This document shows, one piece after another, positions 15,560-23,807 of a stretch of 38,847 nucleotides of DNA. Position 1 is the first letter of the stretch, and every line of letters starts with the position of its first letter. The notes beneath the pieces were generated by a model. The model was not told where the DNA came from, made no database searches, and saw only the letters and a list, made by a program, of their open reading frames with translations. Made by a program: the position numbers and the translations under genes. Source of the stretch: a virus; the IMG/VR virus record IMGVR_UViG_3300045988_112275; one strand, written 5' to 3'.

Positions 15560-15766
15560 ATGCAACGCTATAAAATAACCAAAGATGCGGACATGCTGGC
15601 GCCCAACTGGCTGACAGACCGCATAGACTATAAAACGGTAAAATTTTTGTACGGCATCTGTGATGGTGCAGAAATCTTGAAAGGGGTGAGGGTAAATGAC
15701 CAGACGGCCAAAATCGGTGATACGATTTGCTTTGATGGTAAGCGGTTATCTGTAGAAAGGCGGTGA
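15560..15766 (+). CDS. Hypothetical 68-aa protein
   Basis: The ATG lies 3 nt after the upstream stop. The SD is weak. Confidence 0.45.
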   Translation: MQRYKITKDADMLAPNWLTDRIDYKTVKFLYGICDGAEILKGVRVNDQTAKIGDTICFDGKRLSVERR

Positions 15767-15783
15767 TCCAGTTATCTCCCGTT

Positions 15784-15810
15784 GAGACGCTGGGTTAGGC
15801 GTCTTATTTT
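15784..15810 (+). terminator. Intrinsic terminator AGACGC tgggttag GCGTCT + TATTTT
   Basis: Stem plus T-run, read directly. Confidence 0.6.
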
Positions 15811-15924
15811 ATGCTCCGAAGAGTCTAAACTACACGGAGACACCGGGTTATCAACTGTTTTGTGAGACACACATAAAACTGTCAGGCGCAGACAGCGCAC
15901 AAAAAACTGTAAAGGAGAAGAGAA

Positions 15925-16566
15925 ATGGACAAGTCAATGAAAATCCCCATGAACCTGCAGCTTTTTGCAGAACCGGGAGGTGATCCGGCAGGCGGCGATC
16001 CGGGAAGCGGAGCGTCAGGAAACCAGCAGAACACAAATAATCAGCAGGCAGGACAGCCCTTCCAGTTTGATTATGAAAAGCTGGCCAATATTGTAGCCGG
16101 AAAGCAGTCTGCCACAGAGGAAAGCGTCCTGAAAGGCTATTTTAAGCAGCAGAACCTCACCAAGGAGCAGGTAGATCAGGCAATTGCAGCATATAAGGAG
16201 CAGCAGGCAGCCAATACTCCTGATGTTGGTGCGCTTCAGCAGCAGGCGGCACAGGCGCAGGCTGCGGCACAGCAGGCAAACATTGAGAAAGAAGCAATGT
16301 TTCTGGCCGGAGAGCTTGGGGTTGATCTGAAAACCATGCCCTACGTGTTGAAACTTGCAGATCTGTCAAAGGTCGCAGATGAAAAAGGAACCATCAACAA
16401 AGAGAATTTAAAAGCAGCATTAAACACAGTGCTGGAAGAGTTGCCACAGTTGAAACCGAACACGCAGACACCTCAGAGTGGATTCCGTCAGATTGGATCC
16501 GGCGGAGGACAGGGTGCTTCAACTACAGAGGATCAGCTGGCGGCAATCTTCGGAAATAAAAAATAA
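15925..16566 (+). CDS. Scaffolding protein
   Basis: Contains MNLQLFAEP, a Q/A-rich helical middle and sits immediately before the capsid gene. SD AAAGGAG. Confidence 0.75.
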   Translation: MDKSMKIPMNLQLFAEPGGDPAGGDPGSGASGNQQNTNNQQAGQPFQFDYEKLANIVAGKQSATEESVLKGYFKQQNLTKEQVDQAIAAYKEQQAANTPDVGALQQQAAQAQAAAQQANIEKEAMFLAGELGVDLKTMPYVLKLADLSKVADEKGTINKENLKAALNTVLEELPQLKPNTQTPQSGFRQIGSGGGQGASTTEDQLAAIFGNKK

Positions 16567-16581
16567 AGGAGAGAATGAAAT

Positions 16582-17484
16582 ATGGCAGTATATGAATACG
16601 CAGATCAGTTTGAGAGACAACTGGCACAGAAATACGAAAGGGAACTGGTATCTTATGAGCTTACCCAGTCTAACCCGGGCATCAAGTTTATGAATGCCCA
16701 GACAATCAAGATTCCAAGATTGACCGTATCCGGTTATAAAGACCATAACAGAAACAACATGGGATTTAATACTGGCACAGTATCCAATGACTGGGAGCCG
16801 AAAAAGCTCACCCATGACAGGGATATTGAGTTTGCCATTGATCCTATGGATGTGGATGAAACCAATCTGGTGACAGAGATTGCAAATATCCAGAACGTCT
16901 TTGAAGAAGAGCAGGCAATCCCGGAGAAAGACAGTTATCGTTTTTCCAAGCTTCTTACAGAGGCTACTTCCTATGCATCGAAAGGTGCAGTTGTAGACGA
17001 AACAGTTCTTACAGTAACAAATATCCTGGAATGGTTTGATGAGCAGATGGCGATTATGGATGATAAATCTGTTCCACAGGAGGGAAGAATCCTGTATCTG
17101 ACCTCTGCAATGCAGAAGCTCCTGAAAAATGCAGATGGTATCACCAGGACAATGAGTGTCGGTGCTGCAGGTGTGATTAACCGTCAGGTTCATGGTCTGG
17201 ACGATGTAAAGCTGAAACCTGTACCCTCTGCAAGATTTAAGACAAAGTACAATTTTACAGATGGATGTGCTCCGGCAGTAGATGCAAAGCAGATTCACAT
17301 GATGCTGGTACATCCGTCTTGTGTAATCTCGCGTGATAAATACGCATATATGAAACTGTTTACTCCGGGAACTGACAGCCGTACTGCAGACAAGTATGTA
17401 TATCAGAACAGGTACTATACAGATACCTTCCTGATCGAAAGAAAATCCTGTGGTATTGCTATTAACAGGGAGGCACAGGGCTGA
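16582..17484 (+). CDS. Major capsid protein
   Basis: 300 aa, follows the scaffold gene, strong SD (AAAGGAGAG). Confidence 0.8.
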   Translation: MAVYEYADQFERQLAQKYERELVSYELTQSNPGIKFMNAQTIKIPRLTVSGYKDHNRNNMGFNTGTVSNDWEPKKLTHDRDIEFAIDPMDVDETNLVTEIANIQNVFEEEQAIPEKDSYRFSKLLTEATSYASKGAVVDETVLTVTNILEWFDEQMAIMDDKSVPQEGRILYLTSAMQKLLKNADGITRTMSVGAAGVINRQVHGLDDVKLKPVPSARFKTKYNFTDGCAPAVDAKQIHMMLVHPSCVISRDKYAYMKLFTPGTDSRTADKYVYQNRYYTDTFLIERKSCGIAINREAQG

Positions 17485-17738
17485 TGAGAGCAGAAAAAGG
17501 AAATAAGGTCTATACGATCACAGAAGAGCAGAAAGAATACTATCAGAATGATGGCTTTGATATCTTTTCTGATGATGGAGAGATCATAGCCTATGGTACA
17601 GGGAAAAATGTTCCCTATGAGAAATATGCTGCTCTGAAAAAAGAAAATGAAGTCTTAAAAGAGAAACTTGCAGAGACTGAAACACTCCAGGCAGACGAAA
17701 AGCCAGAGGAACCAAAGACAAAGTCTGCAAAGAAATGA
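17484..17738 (+). CDS. Hypothetical head-module protein (84 aa)
   Basis: TGATG coupling to the capsid gene. Confidence 0.65.
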   Translation: MRAEKGNKVYTITEEQKEYYQNDGFDIFSDDGEIIAYGTGKNVPYEKYAALKKENEVLKEKLAETETLQADEKPEEPKTKSAKK

Positions 17739-17748
17739 GGTGGCATAG

Positions 17749-18135
17749 ATGCCGTATATCCCATATGCAACGGAACTGTATTATGAATCAGATTATGGAG
17801 GCAGCCTGATTCCGGAAGACAGCCTTCGGAGGCTTCTCATCCAGGCATCAAGACATATCGATACCCTGACCTACAACCGGATTGTAGGCCGGGGTATCGA
17901 TAATTTGACAGAGTTCCAGAAAAATGTGATTCAGGAGATTGTGTGCCGTCAGGCGGAGTTTGAATACGAAAATGCGGATGAGATCAGCAGTGTTCTGAGT
18001 TCATACAGTATCAATGGCGTATCAGCTCAGTTCGGCAGCTCCTGGAACGTATTCACGGACAGGGGAATTGCTATGAAACGGGATGATTATGCACTACTCT
18101 GCCAGACTGGATTGTGCTGCGGATTGTTGAGGTGA
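17749..18135 (+). CDS. Head-tail connector/adaptor protein
   Basis: Assigned by position and size in the connector block. Confidence 0.6.
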   Translation: MPYIPYATELYYESDYGGSLIPEDSLRRLLIQASRHIDTLTYNRIVGRGIDNLTEFQKNVIQEIVCRQAEFEYENADEISSVLSSYSINGVSAQFGSSWNVFTDRGIAMKRDDYALLCQTGLCCGLLR

Positions 18136-18139
18136 TGGT

Positions 18140-18478
18140 ATGAGATATCCAAAATTAGTACCGGAAAAGCTGTGCAAAACAGATATCATCCTGGAATTTG
18201 AACAGGAGGGGTTGAATGTATATGGCGAACCTCTTCAGACAATCAGCTGGAAAGGAAAATGTAATTACCAAGACAAAGCAAGAACGGTTTACACTGCGGA
18301 AAAGAAGTTAATACAGATCACAGGCACTGCCCTGATCAGCGTTGACCCTTGCCTGGAGCTTCCGGTGATATCCTCCGGCACAGCAGAGATAATGGGAGTA
18401 AAACGTCAGATTGTGCAGGGCATGAAAGCCCGGAACCCGGATGGAACCGTAAACTATGTGGAGGTGATGCTGGTATGA
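18140..18478 (+). CDS. Head closure / connector protein
   Basis: Assigned by position and size. Confidence 0.6.
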   Translation: MRYPKLVPEKLCKTDIILEFEQEGLNVYGEPLQTISWKGKCNYQDKARTVYTAEKKLIQITGTALISVDPCLELPVISSGTAEIMGVKRQIVQGMKARNPDGTVNYVEVMLV

Positions 18479-18858
18479 TCAAAGTAAGTTCGGTTGTAAA
18501 ATTGAATATGCCGAAAATAAAACAGCTTACACAGGTCCAGGTGACAGCTTTGGAGCAGACGGCGGAAGCACTTCATACCGAAGTGGTGCAGGCGCAGGTA
18601 TTTCCACGGGATACCGGAAACCTGCAAAACGAAAGCACTTTTGTAGATTATTCTAATAGCAGTAAAGGAAAAGTGTCCATTGTTTCCAGTACACCTTATG
18701 CACGACGCCTGTATTTTCATCCAGAGTATCATTTCCAGAAAGGCGAAAATCCAAATGCCCGCGGTAAATGGTACGCAGACTGGCTTCCAGGCGGATCACA
18801 GGCTGATTTTGCGGTAAAGGCATTTAAAAATATCTACAGGAGGCTGACAGGTATATGA
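18475..18858 (+). CDS. Tail-component protein (HK97 gp10-like position)
   Basis: ATGA overlap at 18475. The track start at 18349 lies inside the upstream gene. Confidence 0.6.
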   Translation: MIKVSSVVKLNMPKIKQLTQVQVTALEQTAEALHTEVVQAQVFPRDTGNLQNESTFVDYSNSSKGKVSIVSSTPYARRLYFHPEYHFQKGENPNARGKWYADWLPGGSQADFAVKAFKNIYRRLTGI

Positions 18859-19256
18859 CACTGGCAGATGTAAGAGATTATGTTGCTTCTCTGAATATTA
18901 CAGAGCCTCAAAAGGTCTATATGGGAAAGCTGGATGCGAAACCGGATAAAACCATTGGGGTTTATCACAGTAAGCATCAGCACGCTTATAAGACAGCTAT
19001 TGGAGGTGGCTCTTTGGAGTCCTACGGCACGAAATACGTCACCCTTCTGGTTCATTGGAATAAATCCCCAAGAGATACAGAAAAGGCAGCCACAGCCTTA
19101 TTTGAGGCTTTGACAGCCACAAGAGAAGCACAGATTAACAATGAGACAATTAAATTTATTCAGCCGCTCTATGAAATACAGGATGTTGGTACGGATGATT
19201 CCGGCATCTATGAAATGGTTATAGAGGCGGCTTTTATTTATGCGAAAGGAGAATAA
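18855..19256 (+). CDS. Tail completion protein
   Basis: ATGA overlap; assigned by position. Confidence 0.6.
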   Translation: MTLADVRDYVASLNITEPQKVYMGKLDAKPDKTIGVYHSKHQHAYKTAIGGGSLESYGTKYVTLLVHWNKSPRDTEKAATALFEALTATREAQINNETIKFIQPLYEIQDVGTDDSGIYEMVIEAAFIYAKGE

Positions 19257-19259
19257 CAT

Positions 19260-19709
19260 ATGGCAGGAGCAACAGGAGTATATCCATGTTATGAAAACCA
19301 GTTTCAGATTGACAAAGCCGCAGCCGAAGGCCCGGCATCTTATGTCAATATTGCAGACTGCGAGACTTTTGGCGTTGCCTTTGACAACAATATTGAAGAG
19401 TGGACACCATTTGATACACAGGGCTGGGTACGCCGGTTAATGACCGGAAAAGGCGTGACTATTACTGTTACAGCAAAGAGAAACGTAGGAGACGAAGGAA
19501 ATGATCTGGTTGCCGGGCTGACATTTGAGAATGGAAGAAAGGTGGAAAAGAATTTCCAGTGGACGTTCCCAGACGGAACCAAAGTAGAGTTCCCGAAAGC
19601 GGTTATCAATGTAACAAATGCAGGAGCAGGCGATTCCACTGCAGTAGCGCCTCTGGAGTTTGAGATTATGAGCAACGGAAAACCAACCGTTACACCGAAG
19701 GGAGAATAA
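19260..19709 (+). CDS. Major tail protein
   Basis: 149 aa, immediately upstream of the chaperone pair and the tape measure gene. Confidence 0.7.
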   Translation: MAGATGVYPCYENQFQIDKAAAEGPASYVNIADCETFGVAFDNNIEEWTPFDTQGWVRRLMTGKGVTITVTAKRNVGDEGNDLVAGLTFENGRKVEKNFQWTFPDGTKVEFPKAVINVTNAGAGDSTAVAPLEFEIMSNGKPTVTPKGE

Positions 19710-19711
19710 GC

Positions 19712-20017
19712 ATGGCAAAAGTAGTAGACATTACAGAAAAACTTAGTTTTGACGAGAATCCAATCATGCAGATTGGAACCCTGGAAGTAGAAGTAAATGC
19801 AGATGCAGAAACTATGCTGCGTCTTATGGGGGCGTTTGGAAACAAAGGGGAGCTTCAGGCGGTAGAAGAGGCGTTGAACCTGATCTTCAAACCGGAGGAT
19901 GTAGAAAAGATCTGCAATATCAAAAAAGGAAAGAAAAAACTTTCTGCAAAATCTCTGATGGTCATTGTGGAGGAAGCAATGAACCTTGTCATGGGAGAGG
20001 CCGAAGCGGGAGAGTAG
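19712..20017 (+). CDS. Tail assembly chaperone (gpG-like)
   Basis: Canonical position before the tape measure gene. Confidence 0.7.
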   Translation: MAKVVDITEKLSFDENPIMQIGTLEVEVNADAETMLRLMGAFGNKGELQAVEEALNLIFKPEDVEKICNIKKGKKKLSAKSLMVIVEEAMNLVMGEAEAGE

Positions 20018-20360
20018 TGACCCGTACTATGATTTGGAGGGAGACTTTGATCTGATTGTGTCTTCCTTCCAGTCACAGTACGGGATACGACTATCAAAAG
20101 AACTTCCGGCAGGAATGAAATGGAGCGAATTTCGAGATCTCCTTGTTGGGTTGGGACCGGATACAGCTCTCGGACGTATTGTTTCCATCCGATCAGAGGA
20201 AGATAAGGAAGTTTTGAAGCGCTTTACCAAGGAACAGAAACGGATTCGTAATGAATGGAGAGCCAGACGGGCGAAACAGATTAAACCAGAAGATATGAAT
20301 GACATTCTGGAAGGATTTAAGAAAGCGTTCATATCCATGGCGGGAGGTGCGAAAGATTGA
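19986..20360 (+). CDS. Tail assembly chaperone, second ORF (gpT-like / Gp15-like)
   Basis: The frame opens at 19983 and overlaps the end of the G-like ORF. It has no ATG, only a TTG. Contains DFDLIVSSFQSQYGIRL...EFRDLLVGL. Confidence 0.6.
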   Translation: MSWERPKRESSDPYYDLEGDFDLIVSSFQSQYGIRLSKELPAGMKWSEFRDLLVGLGPDTALGRIVSIRSEEDKEVLKRFTKEQKRIRNEWRARRAKQIKPEDMNDILEGFKKAFISMAGGAKD

Positions 20361-20502
20361 AAAAATAAAATGTAACAAATGTGGGCGGACGCTCATGAAA
20401 GCAGATGTCGTAAAAGGAGAAATCAAATGCCCGCGCTGCGGAGCTATTAATAAATTGAATTTTAGACAAGGGCAAGAGTCAATAGGCTGCACCAAAGAGT
20501 AG
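20299..20502 (+). CDS. Com-family zinc-finger protein (start codon uncertain)
   Basis: IKCNKCGRTLMKADVVKGEIKCPRCGAINKL parallels Mu Com IRCKNCNKLLFKADSFDHIEIRCPRCKRHI. In-frame starts: ATG 20299 with no SD, GTG 20347, and ATT 20356 lying 8 nt after GGGAGG. Confidence 0.65.
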   Translation: MTFWKDLRKRSYPWREVRKIEKIKCNKCGRTLMKADVVKGEIKCPRCGAINKLNFRQGQESIGCTKE

Positions 20503-20510
20503 CAGCGCGT

Positions 20511-20535
20511 ACCTACCTTGCGTTTTAAGGTAGGT
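20511..20535 (+). promoter_or_regulatory. 9-bp perfect hairpin ACCTACCTT-gcgtttt-AAGGTAGGT overlapping the tape measure SD
   Basis: The 3' arm contains AGGT of the SD AGGTGA (20532-20537). The ATG is at 20543. There is no T-run, so it is not a terminator. Confidence 0.7.
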
Positions 20536-20542
20536 GAGATAT

Positions 20543-23428
20543 ATGAGTGCTACAAGCGTAGGTGAGATTGGCCTTGATCTGGTTGTTAATCAGAAAAAAT
20601 TTCATAAGCAAATGTCCGGGGTGATGAATCTTGCCAAAAAGGCAGGCGTTGCTCTTGCAGCAGCCTTTGGAGTGAAGAAGCTTGCAGATTTTGGAAAACA
20701 GTGTCTGGAACTGGGATCAGATTTACAGGAAGTACAGAATGTAGTAGATGTGACATTTCCTTCCATGATAGCCCAGGTGGATAAATTTGCAAAGTCGGCA
20801 GCAGGAAGTTTTGGTCTGTCAGAGACAATGGCAAAGAAGTTTACCGGAACATTTGGAGCTATGGCGAAGTCCTTTGGATTTTCAGAAAGAGCCGCCTATG
20901 ACATGGGGTCTACACTTACTGGACTTGCCGGAGATATTGCTTCTTTTTATAACATCAGTCAGGATGAAGCATATACAAAGCTAAAATCCGTGTTTACTGG
21001 AGAGACGGAATCCCTGAAGGAACTTGGGGTTGTTATGACTCAGAGTGCCTTGGATGCTTATGCACTGGCAAATGGCTTCGGGAAGACTACTCAGGCTATG
21101 TCAGAGGCAGAAAAGGTTGCTCTCCGGTATCAATTTGTGCAGAATCAGCTTTCAGCAGCTTCCGGGGATTTTGCCCGTACCTCGGATTCCTGGGCGAACC
21201 AGGTTCGTATCCTGAAATTACAGATTGACAGTTTAAAGGCAACGATCGGACAGGGACTGATCAATCTGTTTACCCCGATTATTAAGGTAGTAAACACTCT
21301 GATCGGAAAACTGGCAACATTAGCCAATACCTTTAAGGCCTTTACGGAGCTGATTACTGGAAAGAAGAATCAGGGATCTTTTGCTGGAGGGCAGATTGCT
21401 GAAATGGGATCGGCAGCAGTAAGCGCCGGGTCTGGAATGGAGGGAGCGGCTGCATCTGCTGACGATCTGGCCGGATCCAGCAAAAAAGCCGGACAGGCCG
21501 CAAGAAAGGCTGCCAAAGAAATGCGCGCGCTGATGGGATTCGACCAGATCAACCGACTGGACGATAACTCTTCGAGTGATACAGGAGATACATCTTCGCC
21601 CTCAACAGGCAGTAGCACAGGTGCCGGAATCGGCGGAAGTTCTGTAGATTTTGGAAGCCTGGCACAGGGCGAAACAGTAATTGATCAGGTTGACAGCAAG
21701 TTCACGAAAATGTTCCAAAACATTGTGAAGTGGACAAAACCAACAACGGACGCATTGAAAAACCTGTGGAGTCAAGGGCTTTCCAGACTGAAAGATTTTT
21801 CAACGGCAGCGCTGAAAGATTTTTACCGGAATTTCCTTGTTCCAGTCGGAAAATGGGTGTTGGGAGAAGGCCTTCCGCGTTTTATTAATGCATTAAACAA
21901 TGGATTGATGAAGGTGAATTTTTCAAAGATCAACGCTTCTTTGAAGAAACTGTGGAATGCGCTTGCCCCATTTGCGATCCATATCGGGGAAGGTCTTTTG
22001 TGGTTTTGGGAAAATGTGCTGGTCCCCCTGGGAACGTGGACCGCGAATGAAGTAGTCCCGCGCTTCCTGGATACCTTAAGGATCGGAATTGAAGGTCTGA
22101 ATAAGATCATAGAAGCGCTTCAGCCATTGTTCCAGTGGTTCTGGGATACAGTTCTTTTGCCTATTGCACAATGGACAGGGGGGTTATTCCTTCAGGTTTG
22201 GGACGGGATCAATGGGACCCTGCAGAAATTCTCGGACTGGTGTGTAGAACATATTCCGACAATAGATGGTGTCAAAAACGCTTTTGCAGGAATGCATGAA
22301 TGGATTACCAAGAATGACACAGCTCTTCAGCTGGTGGCGGTTGCAATCGGAACTTTTACTGTAGCCCTTGGACTTAATGCGCTTGCAAGCAATGCTGCCT
22401 CGATTGCAATGGGAGGAACATCTATAGCCATTGGTGTTTACAACGGTGTTACCACCATAGCAACAACGGTAACATCAGCTTTTGGCGCAGTTATAGGGTT
22501 CTTGACAAGCCCGATTACATTGGTAGTGGCTGCCATAGGCGGATTAATCGCCGTGGGCATCCTGCTTTATAAAAACTGGGATACCGTAAAAGAACAAGCG
22601 GTAAAAATCTGGACATACATAAAAGATTTCTTTTCCAGAACATGGGAAACAATCAAACAGACAGCATCTTCCATCTGGGAAAGTATTAAGACAAATATTC
22701 TTAATATTTGGAACAGGATCAAAGATACTGCTGTAAATGTTTTTGAAAAAATAAAAACGACCATTTCCAATGTATGGGAAAATCTGAAGACCACTGCGAA
22801 AACTGTCTGGGAGAAAATCAAAGAATTTATTTCGAATCCGATCGAGAATGCAAAAGAAGTGATTGAAAGAGCACTGGATACCATCCAGGAAAAATTCAGC
22901 GGTGCGTTTGAAGGGATAAAAAGTGGAATAAAGAGCCCGATAAACTCTGTGATAGGATTCCTGAACGCACTTATCCGGGCAGTAGCTAGTTGTGTAAACA
23001 GCGTTGCTAATATGCTGAATCATTTGAGAATTGACGCCCCCGGATGGGTGACAGATCTGACAGGAATTACATCTGTGGGATTCAACCTTCCAACCTGGAC
23101 ACCTGGACAGATCCCATATCTGGCCGAAGGCGGTTTCGTAAAAAGAAACTCCCCTCAGCTGGCAATGATCGGTGATAACCGGCGTTACGGTGAAATTGTA
23201 GCACCGGAAAACAAGCTCCGTGAAATGGCTATGGAAGCAGCGAGAGCGGTCGGAGGAAACGGAATTACCAGGGATGAGCTTGAAATAATTATCAATCGGG
23301 CGGTTATGCGAATTGTGGCTGCGCTGGCGGAAATGGGATTCTATCTTGATGGAAAGCAGATTGCAAAGGCGGAAGAAAAAGCCCGGGATGAGTTGAACCG
23401 GAGATTCAACAATGTGGAATTTATTTAA
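20543..23428 (+). CDS. Tape measure protein
   Basis: 961 aa, helical/TM-rich, follows the chaperones. The ATG at 20543 has an SD. Confidence 0.9.
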   Translation: MSATSVGEIGLDLVVNQKKFHKQMSGVMNLAKKAGVALAAAFGVKKLADFGKQCLELGSDLQEVQNVVDVTFPSMIAQVDKFAKSAAGSFGLSETMAKKFTGTFGAMAKSFGFSERAAYDMGSTLTGLAGDIASFYNISQDEAYTKLKSVFTGETESLKELGVVMTQSALDAYALANGFGKTTQAMSEAEKVALRYQFVQNQLSAASGDFARTSDSWANQVRILKLQIDSLKATIGQGLINLFTPIIKVVNTLIGKLATLANTFKAFTELITGKKNQGSFAGGQIAEMGSAAVSAGSGMEGAAASADDLAGSSKKAGQAARKAAKEMRALMGFDQINRLDDNSSSDTGDTSSPSTGSSTGAGIGGSSVDFGSLAQGETVIDQVDSKFTKMFQNIVKWTKPTTDALKNLWSQGLSRLKDFSTAALKDFYRNFLVPVGKWVLGEGLPRFINALNNGLMKVNFSKINASLKKLWNALAPFAIHIGEGLLWFWENVLVPLGTWTANEVVPRFLDTLRIGIEGLNKIIEALQPLFQWFWDTVLLPIAQWTGGLFLQVWDGINGTLQKFSDWCVEHIPTIDGVKNAFAGMHEWITKNDTALQLVAVAIGTFTVALGLNALASNAASIAMGGTSIAIGVYNGVTTIATTVTSAFGAVIGFLTSPITLVVAAIGGLIAVGILLYKNWDTVKEQAVKIWTYIKDFFSRTWETIKQTASSIWESIKTNILNIWNRIKDTAVNVFEKIKTTISNVWENLKTTAKTVWEKIKEFISNPIENAKEVIERALDTIQEKFSGAFEGIKSGIKSPINSVIGFLNALIRAVASCVNSVANMLNHLRIDAPGWVTDLTGITSVGFNLPTWTPGQIPYLAEGGFVKRNSPQLAMIGDNRRYGEIVAPENKLREMAMEAARAVGGNGITRDELEIIINRAVMRIVAALAEMGFYLDGKQIAKAEEKARDELNRRFNNVEFI

Positions 23429-23440
23429 GGAGGGAGCAGA

Positions 23441-23803
23441 ATGAAAAAAGGGGAGATTTTAAAATCCGGAGGCGTTGTGCTCCCGGCGCCCACCTCACTT
23501 TCCGTAGCGGATGAGATTATCTGGACATCTGATACCGGGCGTACTCTATCAGGCTACATGGTGGGGGATGTAGTAGCTGAAAAAAAGAACCTGAGTATCA
23601 AGTGGCAGTATCTTACGGACGAAGAGGTAAGACTGATTAAAAGCCGGCTGATTGCTGGCTTTTTCCCTTTTACTTTCCATGATTCCGGGATTGATTTCAC
23701 TATTGAAGCGTACCGGGGAACCATGAGTAAGGAACACCTGGGAAATATTGGAGATGGGTTTTACTATTATAAAACAGTATCTGTTGACGTGATACAGAGG
23801 TGA
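23441..23803 (+). CDS. Small tail protein in the distal-tail-protein position
   Basis: Assigned by its position directly after the tape measure gene. Confidence 0.6.
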   Translation: MKKGEILKSGGVVLPAPTSLSVADEIIWTSDTGRTLSGYMVGDVVAEKKNLSIKWQYLTDEEVRLIKSRLIAGFFPFTFHDSGIDFTIEAYRGTMSKEHLGNIGDGFYYYKTVSVDVIQR

Positions 23804-23807
23804 CAGA

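Noticed and set aside
16519-17313. Long antisense ORFs opposite structural genes (also 26730..27578, 37981..38577, 22544..23023 and 31003..31566)
   Set aside because: They lie opposite strongly supported genes, lack SD sequences and have Cys/Arg/Ser-rich shadow-frame composition.
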